Under the pieces are notes generated by a model that had not been told where the DNA came from, did not search any database, and saw nothing but the letters and a program-made list of their open reading frames with translations. The position numbers and the translations under genes were made by a program. 64,000 nt of DNA from Chromatiales bacterium. GTDB lineage: Bacteria > Pseudomonadota > Gammaproteobacteria > Xanthomonadales > SZUA-36. Each line of letters starts with the position of its first letter. Within the stretch, counting starts at the first letter, position 1. The DNA lies in NCBI GenBank assembly GCA_024640045.1, contig JAHEFS010000002.1, positions 20,040 through 84,039 on the forward strand, written 5' to 3'. Positions 27,017-35,905 of this stretch are shown here, one piece after another.

Positions 27017-28699
27017 CTACTTCCGCCAGACGTCTCGCAAGGTCACGGTGCGATTCAGTACCGGTCGGCCTGGCTTTGAGTCGATGCCATCGTGGGTGAA
27101 ATAGCCCAACCGCTCGAACTGGTAGCAACCGTTCGCCTCACCCGCTGCAACGCCCGGTTCGACATAGGCTTCCCGAATCACCTGCAAGGAGTCCGGATTC
27201 AGGAACTCGAGGAAATCTCGTTCCTTCTCACCCAGCGGGTTGGCTACGGTAAACAAGCGGTCGTACAAACGGACTTCGGCCGGCACCCCATGAACGGCGG
27301 AAACCCAGTGGATGGTTCCCTTGACCTTGCGATTGGCACCCGGCATGCCACTGCGGGAATCGACGTCATATTCACAACGCAGCTCAATCACCTCGCCGGC
27401 TTCACCCTTGACCACTTCCACACAGCGAACGATGAACGCGTTTCTTAACCGAACCTCGCCATCCGGCCGCAAACGAAAGAACTTACGCGGCGGATCTTCC
27501 ATGAAGTCACCCCGCTCGATCCAGATTTCCCGGGTCAGCGGCACCTGGCGGGTTCCCAGCTCTGGCCTCTGGGGGTGGACGGCCGCTTCCAGCCACTCGG
27601 TCTCACCCTCCGGGTAGTTGATCAGCACCACTTTCAACGGATCGAGGACGGCCATGGTCCGTGGTGCACGCTCATTCAGATCACTGCGGATGGCATTTTC
27701 CAGCACACCCATTTCGATAATGCTTTCCTGCTTGGAGATCCCCATATCGCTCCAGAACGCCCGGATGGCCTCCGGTGTATAACCGCGGCGGCGCAATCCC
27801 GACAAGGTCGGCATGCGTGGATCGTCCCAACCGGCAACGTGACCTTCCTGAACCAACTGCAACAGGCGGCGTTTGCTCATTACGGTGAAGTCGAGATTGC
27901 CGCGTGCGAATTCGATCTGGCGTGGCTGGCAAGGCGCCGGGATATTCTCCAGGAACCACTCGTACAGCGGCCGATGGTCTTCGAACTCGAGCGTGCAAAG
28001 AGAATGGGTAATGCCCTCGATCGCATCGGACTGTCCATGAGCCCAGTCATACATCGGGTAGATGTGCCACTTGTCTCCGGTACGGTGATGCGGCACGTTG
28101 AGAATCCGGTACATGACCGGGTCCCTCAAGTTCATGTTGGGCGAGGACATATCGATTTTCGCACGCAACACGTGGGCTCCATCCTCGAATTCCCCGTTTC
28201 TCATGCGAAGAAACAGATCGCGATTCTCGTCGACCGGGCGCTGGCGAAACGGGCTCTCGATGCCCGGTTCAGTCAGCGTGCCCCGCTGGGTCCGGATGGT
28301 CTCGGCATCCTGACTGTCGACATAAGCCTTGCCGCGTTCCACCAGGTGTAATGCCCAGTCGAACAGTTGATCGAAATAATCGGATGCGTTGAGCAGCGCG
28401 TCCCACTCAAACCCCAGCCAACGGACATCCTCCATGATGGCTTGCACATGGTCATCGCTTTCTTTCAGCGGGTTGGTGTCATCGAAGCGCAAATGGGTCT
28501 TGCCGCCGAATTCCTGGGCGATGCCGAAATTCAGGCAGATCGACTTTGCATGCCCGATATGCAAATGACCATTCGGCTCAGGCGGGAATCGTGTGACGAT
28601 CGCCTGGTGCTTGCCGGACTGCAGATCCTTGATCACGATGTTGCGAATGAAATTGGTGGCCACCACGGGCGCGTCGTCACTCACGATTTCTAACCCCAT
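27017..28699 (-). CDS. glnS: Glutamine--tRNA ligase
   Basis: TNFIRNIVIKDLQSGKH...TRFPPEPNGHLHIGHAKS (HIGH motif) and VMSKR (KMSKS-like motif). It is collinear with E. coli GlnS. The start is either ATG 28699 (preferred from N-terminal length) or 28735. Confidence 0.9.
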   Translation of the reverse strand: MGLEIVSDDAPVVATNFIRNIVIKDLQSGKHQAIVTRFPPEPNGHLHIGHAKSICLNFGIAQEFGGKTHLRFDDTNPLKESDDHVQAIMEDVRWLGFEWDALLNASDYFDQLFDWALHLVERGKAYVDSQDAETIRTQRGTLTEPGIESPFRQRPVDENRDLFLRMRNGEFEDGAHVLRAKIDMSSPNMNLRDPVMYRILNVPHHRTGDKWHIYPMYDWAHGQSDAIEGITHSLCTLEFEDHRPLYEWFLENIPAPCQPRQIEFARGNLDFTVMSKRRLLQLVQEGHVAGWDDPRMPTLSGLRRRGYTPEAIRAFWSDMGISKQESIIEMGVLENAIRSDLNERAPRTMAVLDPLKVVLINYPEGETEWLEAAVHPQRPELGTRQVPLTREIWIERGDFMEDPPRKFFRLRPDGEVRLRNAFIVRCVEVVKGEAGEVIELRCEYDVDSRSGMPGANRKVKGTIHWVSAVHGVPAEVRLYDRLFTVANPLGEKERDFLEFLNPDSLQVIREAYVEPGVAAGEANGCYQFERLGYFTHDGIDSKPGRPVLNRTVTLRDVWRK

Positions 28700-28787
28700 T
28701 GCTGTTTGGCTGGGCGCTTGCGCGCAAACCGGCATTTTAGCGTATTGCCGGAAGCACCGGCATCACTACCTGCAGACGGCGAAGGGC

Positions 28788-28817
28788 AAAAAAAACCCCG
28801 GCTCGTAAGCCGGGGTC
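28788..28817 (-). terminator. Rho-independent terminator about 165 nt downstream of mnmG
   Basis: On the minus strand: CCCCGGCT-tacg-AGCCGGGG followed by eight T residues. Confidence 0.75.
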
Positions 28818-28979
28818 TGAAGAGGTGCATCGTTAGAGGCAATAGAAGTGTGGGGACTGCCTGTACAGAGGTTCGATGCACCAGGCACAGTCAACTTGCA
28901 GGTTCAGAATACTCAGCCCACGTTAAAAATCTGTAAAACCTTTGTTGAGAAATCGTGATTCTTCGGTAAATTCAGGCTT

Positions 28980-30869
28980 TCAGGCAACCTGGCGGCCCCC
29001 CGAGTGTTTCTTGAGGTGAACCAACAGCAGGGAAATAGCCGCCGGGGTCGCACCCGGGATTCGAGCCGCCTGGCCAATCGTCTCAGGCCGGGTTAGCGCG
29101 AACTTCTCACACAGCTCGGCAGAAAGGCCCTTGACCCCACTGAAATCGAAATCCTGCGGGATCACCCGGGTCTCATTTCGGCGTGAACGGGCGACCTCCT
29201 CCAGCTGGCGTCCCAGGTAACCGGCATATTTAGCCTGGATTTCGACCTGAGCCGCCACAGCGGCGTCGTTCACGCCCGGCCCAATACCATCCACTTTAGC
29301 CAGGGCGGAATAATCCAGTTCCGGCCGCTTGAGCAGGTCGATGGCGAGTGCCTCTCGCGTCAGCCGGACACCGTGCAGGGTCTCCAACGATCGTCCCGGG
29401 ATATTTTCCGGCAATACCCTGATGGCGCCGAGACGCATTTGCTCCGCCTCGATGGCGTCGCGTTTGCGGGAAAAACGGTCCCAACGATCATCGTCTACCA
29501 ACCCCAGGTCGCGGCCCGCAGAACTCAGCCGCAAATCGGCGTTGTCCTCCCGCAAATGCAGCCGGTACTCAGCACGGCTGGTGAACATGCGGTAGGGCTC
29601 GCGGGTCCCCTGGGTGATCAGGTCATCGATGAGTACCCCGATGTAAGCTTCGTCCCGCCGGGGTGTCCAGGCAGGCTCACCCCGGGAATGCCGCGCCGCG
29701 TTGAGGCCGGCAACCAGGCCCTGCGCCGCAGCCTCTTCATATCCCGTGGTCCCGTTGATCTGGCCGGCAAAATACAGACCGGGAACGTCTTTTGTTTCAA
29801 GACTGGCATGCAACCCGCGCGGGTCGAAAAAGTCATATTCGATCGCATAGCCGGGACGGGTGATGTGGGCATTTTCAAAGCCGGTGATCGATCGCACGAA
29901 TTCCACCTGGACGTCAAACGGCAAGCTGGTGGAAATACCATTCGGGTAGAGTTCGCGCGTCCCCAGTCCCTCTGGTTCCACGAAAATCTGGTGGCGGGCC
30001 CGGTCTGCGAACCGGACCACCTTGTCCTCGATCGAAGGGCAATACCGTGGGCCTGTGCCTTCGATCTCACCGGAATACATGGGCGAACGGTGTAAAGCAC
30101 CGCGTATCAGTTCATGGGTCTGCTCGTTGGTATGCGTAATCCAGCAGGGAACCTGCGGCGGGTGATCTGCTACTGAGCCCAGAAAAGAGAAAACCGGCAC
30201 AGGTTCGTCGCCCGGTTGCCGCTCCAACTTGCTGAAATCCACTGTTTTGCCATCGATTCGCGGCGGAGTTCCGGTCTTCAGCCGTCCAACGGCAAAGGGC
30301 ATTTCACGCAAGCGCTCAGCCAAAGCAATACTGGGAGGGTCACCGGCACGTCCGCCAGAATACTGTGTTTCACCCACATGAATGCGTCCACCCAGAAAGG
30401 TACCAGTGGTCAACACGACGGCGCGGGCTCTGAACACCTGTCCCATCCGCGTGATGCAGCCCACTGCGCGGCCATTCTCGATAACCAGGTCCTCGACGGC
30501 TTGCTGGAACAGGCTCAATCCGGGCTGATTCTCGACGGCGGAACGAATGAAAGCCCGATACAGGTTCCGGTCACACTGCGCGCGAGTGGCTCTCACGGCA
30601 GGACCCTTGCGCGAGTTGAGGGTGCGCAGTTGGATTCCGGCGGCATCTGCGGCCCGCGCCATCACGCCCCCCAGAGCGTCTATTTCTCTGACCAGGTGCC
30701 CCTTGCCGATACCCCCGATGGCCGGGTTACAGCTCATCTGCCCCACCGTCTCGATGCTGTGGGTCAGTAATAGCGTCCGCGCGCCCGTCCGCGCAGCGGC
30801 CAACGCAGCCTCCGTACCGGCATGGCCGCCGCCAACGACAATGACATCGAATGAATTTGACTGGTTCAT
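28980..30869 (-). CDS. mnmG: tRNA uridine-5-carboxymethylaminomethyl(34) synthesis enzyme MnmG (GidA)
   Basis: [27 protein letters not shown]..., collinear with MnmG throughout. The track starts 2 codons earlier at GTG 30875. Confidence 0.95.
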   Translation of the reverse strand: MNQSNSFDVIVVGGGHAGTEAALAAARTGARTLLLTHSIETVGQMSCNPAIGGIGKGHLVREIDALGGVMARAADAAGIQLRTLNSRKGPAVRATRAQCDRNLYRAFIRSAVENQPGLSLFQQAVEDLVIENGRAVGCITRMGQVFRARAVVLTTGTFLGGRIHVGETQYSGGRAGDPPSIALAERLREMPFAVGRLKTGTPPRIDGKTVDFSKLERQPGDEPVPVFSFLGSVADHPPQVPCWITHTNEQTHELIRGALHRSPMYSGEIEGTGPRYCPSIEDKVVRFADRARHQIFVEPEGLGTRELYPNGISTSLPFDVQVEFVRSITGFENAHITRPGYAIEYDFFDPRGLHASLETKDVPGLYFAGQINGTTGYEEAAAQGLVAGLNAARHSRGEPAWTPRRDEAYIGVLIDDLITQGTREPYRMFTSRAEYRLHLREDNADLRLSSAGRDLGLVDDDRWDRFSRKRDAIEAEQMRLGAIRVLPENIPGRSLETLHGVRLTREALAIDLLKRPELDYSALAKVDGIGPGVNDAAVAAQVEIQAKYAGYLGRQLEEVARSRRNETRVIPQDFDFSGVKGLSAELCEKFALTRPETIGQAARIPGATPAAISLLLVHLKKHSGGRQVA

Positions 30870-30934
30870 GGCCACGCTAAACGCAAATCAGGGCCGCGTA
30901 TTGTACTGAAAATGAAAGAAAAGCGGTAATTTGC

Positions 30935-33280
30935 CTACAAGGAGGCTTCGATTTCGGCCGCCAGCTCAAGCGCCTGCCGGTAATAGCGATACTCGGGATC
31001 GGCATCCTTCCAGATGGCCAGCGCGTAATTGACAGAAGCCAACGCCAACTCCGGCGCCCCCACCGCCTGTTGCTGGCGCGCGCGCACCAGCCAGAGCACG
31101 GGGTGTGAAGGGTCCAGCCCAAACCCCCTGTTCAGGATGGTCTCTGCGCGGACAAGATCACCGGCCCGTACCATTGCATTGGCAGTCAGGGCATCCAGCG
31201 TGGGCAACAGGGTGAAGGCTTCGCCGGTCAACACGGATTTTTCGGCCCTGTGATGGGCCGACTCGAACAGTTGCACGGAGTCTTTGAATTCTTCACGCTG
31301 TAATGCGATGTAGGCCCGCACCATGTCCACCTGGGAGCGCATGTCTTCGATCTTGAACTGGTCGATCGTTGCCTCGGCCCTCGCCAACGCCTGCTCCGCC
31401 TCGTCCAACCTGCCCTGCTCGATCAGTATGGATGCCTGGGCAAAGCCCAGGAACTGATCCAGCGGTGGTTGCATCATGCCCTCGGCCTGATCAACGGCTG
31501 CCTGGGCCTGGGCGAGTTCTCCCAGCTCCACATACAGGTTGGCGATCGGCATGTAAGTGGATAAAGCCACCTGGTAGGGCGCGACACTCTGAATCAGGTA
31601 CTCCTCCAGCCTGTAAAACTGCTCAATCGCCGCCCGGTTACGCCCAAGCCGGTTTTCCAGCAATGCCGCAGACTGGCGCACCAGGCCTTTGTTCAGGGGA
31701 ACGCGCGTAGAGTCATCGGCTTGCTGGAGCAGGTTCCTGGCCTCACCCGATTTTCCCCTGCGAGCCGCGATGTCCGCCATCCGCAAATAGGCATTGACCG
31801 ACTCGTCGGCAAGGAACGAGGCCTTCAGATAATGTTCCAGGGCCGCATCGAGATCACCCTGGTCCCGCAACAGGTCCCCCAGTACCAGGTGCACGTCAGC
31901 TTCTTCAGGTTTCTCCTCCTGGTAGCGTCGGGCATAGTCAACAGCAGCCTCGAGGTTTCCCGTGGCACGCTCCAGCGTTGCCAGTTGCCGGTAGATGGCC
32001 AGGTTCAGTGGATCCCGCTCCAGCGCCTGCAGGAACTGCTCTTTGGCCTCATCCAGTTCACCGGTCACCATCAACATGGTAGCGAGGGTGCCGTGAGAAG
32101 AGGCATCACCACGCAATTGCACCTGCAGGCGCAAGAACTTGATCAACTTGTCCTGTTGACCTGACAACCGGTAGTTGATTTGCTTGAGCATTGCCCGGTC
32201 GACCGCAGGCAAGCGGTAATCAAGTTCCTGGGCCTTACCCAGCGCCACTTGAGCGGAAGGAATGTCACCGGATTCCAGCAGGTTGATGGCCTTGACGAAC
32301 CAGGCCAGAACAAACCCCGGGTCGGCTTCCAGCGCCTGGTCGAGCAGTGCGTTTGAAGCGCCCACATCATTGCTGAACAACCGTTCGTTCATGCCCGCTA
32401 TATACGCACGCAGTGCTTCTTCTGACTCACCATACGTTTCAGACAGGGGCAGGTCTTCGGACATTTTTCCACCGCCGACGGGCACGTGCATCGCTTCGAG
32501 CAGGTCTTCGGCGATGCGGTCGACCACGCCGTACAAATCGAACCCCGTTCGTGACAACTCGGTAACTTGCTTCATGGTCTGGGTTTCCCAGATACGCACG
32601 GTCAATTCGTATTGCCCTGCTTTGTCATCAACGGACCCCTCCACGAAATACTGCCGGTTGGCGTCATCGGCAATCTCGCGCATCAGCGAACGCGGAATAC
32701 TCAACCCATCATTGAATCCAGCCGCGCGCATCCGGGCGTAAAACCCGTTGCCGAAGTTCGCCCAGGGGGAAGTCGCCAGGACGAAGGGGTTTTGTTGAAG
32801 ATCCTGAACCAGCAGTTCGGTCACGCCATACTGCAGCCAGTCCATCTCCGCATTGCTCGACTTGTTTTCGAAGAAGAAAACCGCCATGCGCCGCCGGAAA
32901 GACTCGTTAGGTACATAGTGCGTTTCCTGCACGCCTTCTTCATTGGCGATCGTCAAAATATTCGCGGTCGCACCCAGGTCCTTGCCGCCAAAAACCGTGA
33001 TCAGTAATCCGACCGTCGCGATGAGGTTGATTGGCACACCAACTTTCTCTGCTACGGTGGTCCGGTCCTTACCCGGCTTGCCATGTGACCATGCAACCAG
33101 GATCACTGCCGGGATCAGGGAGTACAGACCCCAGAAAGCCGCATCTGTGATGTAAGGTGAAAGCAGGTAACGTTCGACCAGTCGGTCGAGAATCTCGATC
33201 AGCACCCAACAGCCAGCAGCATAAACACCCACTGCGGGCAGTACACGCCGATTCCTGATTTCCTGGATAAAGTCCGTCAT
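30935..33280 (-). CDS. Membrane-anchored tetratricopeptide-repeat protein
   Basis: 781 aa. It has N-terminal TM helices (VGVYAAGCWVLIEIL, FWGLYSLIPAVILVAW, INLIATVGLLITVFG). An alpha/beta module of about 170 aa follows, then a long array of TPR-like helices (repeated A/L/E/Y-rich 34-mers). Confidence 0.75.
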   Translation of the reverse strand: MTDFIQEIRNRRVLPAVGVYAAGCWVLIEILDRLVERYLLSPYITDAAFWGLYSLIPAVILVAWSHGKPGKDRTTVAEKVGVPINLIATVGLLITVFGGKDLGATANILTIANEEGVQETHYVPNESFRRRMAVFFFENKSSNAEMDWLQYGVTELLVQDLQQNPFVLATSPWANFGNGFYARMRAAGFNDGLSIPRSLMREIADDANRQYFVEGSVDDKAGQYELTVRIWETQTMKQVTELSRTGFDLYGVVDRIAEDLLEAMHVPVGGGKMSEDLPLSETYGESEEALRAYIAGMNERLFSNDVGASNALLDQALEADPGFVLAWFVKAINLLESGDIPSAQVALGKAQELDYRLPAVDRAMLKQINYRLSGQQDKLIKFLRLQVQLRGDASSHGTLATMLMVTGELDEAKEQFLQALERDPLNLAIYRQLATLERATGNLEAAVDYARRYQEEKPEEADVHLVLGDLLRDQGDLDAALEHYLKASFLADESVNAYLRMADIAARRGKSGEARNLLQQADDSTRVPLNKGLVRQSAALLENRLGRNRAAIEQFYRLEEYLIQSVAPYQVALSTYMPIANLYVELGELAQAQAAVDQAEGMMQPPLDQFLGFAQASILIEQGRLDEAEQALARAEATIDQFKIEDMRSQVDMVRAYIALQREEFKDSVQLFESAHHRAEKSVLTGEAFTLLPTLDALTANAMVRAGDLVRAETILNRGFGLDPSHPVLWLVRARQQQAVGAPELALASVNYALAIWKDADPEYRYYRQALELAAEIEASL

Positions 33281-33367
33281 GGCTGCTGCATTCTAAGGCC
33301 AATTCCAGCCTCAATGTAGCAGGAGCAAGCTGGCACTCATCAGTGCCAATGGATGGGGTGGGCCTTT

Positions 33368-34540
33368 TCAGTCTTTTTTCGATTTTCCCCTGGAAGGCTG
33401 ACGAACGGGTTTCGAAGCCTTGCCGGCACGACTGGATTTCGAAGCGGTGCTCCGAGCGGGTGCCCTGGGAGGAGGCGCAGACGCGGCGCGCGCCGGTGCA
33501 CTACTCCTGGAGACCGCCACCGGTGGCGTTGTGGGTTGGACCCGGGAATTGGTGGGTTTGCTCAGGCCCGGAGACTTGACCGAAGCACCGCCGCCAGGAC
33601 GCGACGTGCGGTAGCGCGTCCCTGAATCGGCAGCACCCCAAGCGTCTGCTCGCTTATCCACAACCTGTCGCGCTGGAGCCGGATCAGCAACAGGCGTGAT
33701 ACGTGAACGGCTGACTTTTGAGTTCGCCGGTGAGCGCACCGTCGCAGCACCACTTTGGACAGTGTCATAGCCTGTGGACCGCGCTGTATCTGGCCGGGAC
33801 CGGGAGACAGGTGAAGAAGTGACGGGCTCCAGCCGGCTGCGGGACCATTTGCCGCCATCACGGCTGCCGACAATCATGCCCCGATCGGTGGACCGGCTGT
33901 CCGGGGCAACGGTTACCTGCCGCACTTCCTCGCCACTTCCTGCCCAGGAACCGCCTCTTTCGTACCGGGTGTTGCGTTCCCCACCATTCGGGAGTTCGCG
34001 ATCGGTCGGTTCGACCAGGCGATCGTCGGGCCTCCGTCTGCCGTTGCCGGCAAAACGATCAGACTCATGCGGGCGGTGATAACCATTGTCGTGGCCACGG
34101 TCATGACGGTCGCGGTAGTGGCGGTAATGCACATGCGCATAGGCGTGGTGCCCCGAATAACCGTACCAGGGGTTGTAATAATAAACCGGCGCGTACCAGT
34201 AGCTGTAGTACCACGGATCGTAATACCAGGCGGGGTATCGGGAAGGATAGTAGCCCCAGCCATAGGAAGAATACCTGGGATAGCCATAGCTGAACCCGAT
34301 GGAAACACCGCTGTTGTAATAGCCGTAACCGAGATAAAAGTAATCAACCGACCACCACGGGTAGTAGGCAACGCCCGCATAATCACCCGTGCCCACTGCG
34401 TAGGTCGGATCATCAGCAGCATAATACACGCCGTCGGCTTGCTCGGCTGCAGGGTAATAGTAGGTCACGCAAGACGTCAAAGCGGACATCAGCAGCGTCA
34501 ACGCAAGCAATTTGAGAGGTTTGGTCACCACAGTTGTCAT
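33368..34540 (-). CDS. Lipoprotein with Tyr/Trp/Gly-rich low-complexity block, His-rich patch and basic disordered tail
   Basis: 390-aa ORF with GGAG 9 nt upstream of the ATG. Signal peptide with lipobox LTSC (Cys24). The compositional oddities are described in the findings. No competing ORF in the interval has comparable start signals. Confidence 0.65.
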   Translation of the reverse strand: MTTVVTKPLKLLALTLLMSALTSCVTYYYPAAEQADGVYYAADDPTYAVGTGDYAGVAYYPWWSVDYFYLGYGYYNSGVSIGFSYGYPRYSSYGWGYYPSRYPAWYYDPWYYSYWYAPVYYYNPWYGYSGHHAYAHVHYRHYRDRHDRGHDNGYHRPHESDRFAGNGRRRPDDRLVEPTDRELPNGGERNTRYERGGSWAGSGEEVRQVTVAPDSRSTDRGMIVGSRDGGKWSRSRLEPVTSSPVSRSRPDTARSTGYDTVQSGAATVRSPANSKVSRSRITPVADPAPARQVVDKRADAWGAADSGTRYRTSRPGGGASVKSPGLSKPTNSRVQPTTPPVAVSRSSAPARAASAPPPRAPARSTASKSSRAGKASKPVRQPSRGKSKKD

Positions 34541-34608
34541 ATCAGGGTTCTCCGCATGGCCTGAATCGTAACACTGTCAAGATGAACACCGCCTGAATAA
34601 TGCCGGGA

Positions 34609-35031
34609 TCAGCGGGGAGCCGCCATTTCCGCAGCGGCCGAACCGGGGGCCGTGATGTAGATTCGAACCACTGCCTCTCCTGCGTCGATAACATCCTCCG
34701 ACAATTCCAGGCGCAGCTCTCCGGTTGAATGGATGTTACCGCCCTCACTCCAGGTGATCTCGATCGGGTTCCCCGAATAGCGCTGCTCTGGAAACCCGCT
34801 GGCACACCGCGCCCGAGGTGCTACATTGCCGCAAGATACGAACTGCCCGGTCGCAGGAACCAGGACCCGGACTGCGGTCACGTAGGCCTGACCAAAATTG
34901 AATAACTCGAGACCATTGATCATCACTGGCGGCAAATCTTCTGCCGATTCTTGCGTTGGCCCCCAAGAGCATGCTGACAGCAAAAGCATCGAACAGAGGG
35001 TGAGAAAGCGGCCAACTGGCACCTTAATCAT
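34609..35031 (-). CDS. Small lipoprotein of unknown function
   Basis: The ATG at 35031 gives MIKVPVGRFLTLCSMLLLSAC (lipobox LSAC). It overlaps the upstream gene stop by 8 nt, which suggests translational coupling. I recognise no family. Confidence 0.55.
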   Translation of the reverse strand: MIKVPVGRFLTLCSMLLLSACSWGPTQESAEDLPPVMINGLELFNFGQAYVTAVRVLVPATGQFVSCGNVAPRARCASGFPEQRYSGNPIEITWSEGGNIHSTGELRLELSEDVIDAGEAVVRIYITAPGSAAAEMAAPR

Positions 35032-35863
35032 GCGCCGGCTCAGCCGGGTAACCGAACGCGTTGTCCATCTGCCCGAGTAGTTCGACCATAACATGGTTGT
35101 CCATGTGGAAAAGACTCATCAGTGGCCGATCGAGGTCCACAATCAACATGAGGATCAAGGAAAACGACAGGGCCAGAGAGATCGTGGCGATCGGGCTGCG
35201 CCGCGTGGTCAACCCGGCCTGGAAACCCGTGATGAGCATGGACAAAACCGCTGTCAGGCCCAAGGCCAGCCAGATGACCCATGAAATTCGATTCATGATG
35301 GCCGCCTGGATACGCAAGGCATGAATGTCGATCAACCCCAATACATGACCACGATAGGGCTCACGCGCCATCTCTCCAGGCCTGGCTACCGGGTCAGACT
35401 GTTCACTCGCCAGCGCAAGTTGCCACAGCTGCAGCTGCATCGTGACGGACTGGTCTATGAGTTCCAGAATCTCAGCCGCACGGTGCTCCTGAGCCAACTC
35501 GTCGACGCGCACCCGGTCACCAATGTATTGGCGCAAAATGTCCCGAATCTCTGATCGTTGAGGTTCTTTCAACAACTCAGCCTGTAAGAAAGCATGGCGA
35601 GCCAGGCGGGCTTCCTCAACCATATTCTGTACCCGCAATTCATAGTGCGACTGGACGACGGCAAACGTGAAAGCCAGCATGAAGGCAGTCAGACCCAGGG
35701 TGGCGCCCATGATCGCTCGCACCTGCGCGGCCTGCGCCTTGACGGACTTCACATTGGGGCGCATACCGAGCCGAAACCCAACTTCCAGAAACACGGTCAT
35801 CAGCACGAAAACACCGAGGAACAGTTGGGTCAAGGTGAACTGGTCAAGAAAATGTGGGGACAT
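35024..35863 (-). CDS. Integral membrane protein, DUF4239-like
   Basis: 279 aa. It has one N-terminal TM pair, a central helical soluble region and two C-terminal TMs. This architecture and the sequence flavour recall DUF4239, from memory and not verified. Confidence 0.6.
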   Translation of the reverse strand: MSPHFLDQFTLTQLFLGVFVLMTVFLEVGFRLGMRPNVKSVKAQAAQVRAIMGATLGLTAFMLAFTFAVVQSHYELRVQNMVEEARLARHAFLQAELLKEPQRSEIRDILRQYIGDRVRVDELAQEHRAAEILELIDQSVTMQLQLWQLALASEQSDPVARPGEMAREPYRGHVLGLIDIHALRIQAAIMNRISWVIWLALGLTAVLSMLITGFQAGLTTRRSPIATISLALSFSLILMLIVDLDRPLMSLFHMDNHVMVELLGQMDNAFGYPAEPAHD

Positions 35864-35905
35864 CGAAGTCTCGCCTCTTCTAAAAGGGTATCCGGTTCAA
35901 CCTGG

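Noticed and set aside
28700-30934. A replication origin next to mnmG (gidA)
   Set aside because: I found no cluster of TTATCCACA-type DnaA boxes and no AT-rich 13-mer repeats in the intergenic regions flanking mnmG (28700-28979 and 30870-30934). dnaA, dnaN and rsmG-parAB are also absent from the window.
34067-34564. 165-aa plus-strand ORF (Val/Ile/Arg/Pro-rich) opposite the Tyr-rich lipoprotein gene
   Set aside because: It is the reverse complement of repeated TAC/TAT/TGG/GGN codons. It has no start signals and runs across the lipoprotein gene's SD and signal-peptide region. The minus-strand ORF has an SD, ATG and lipobox.
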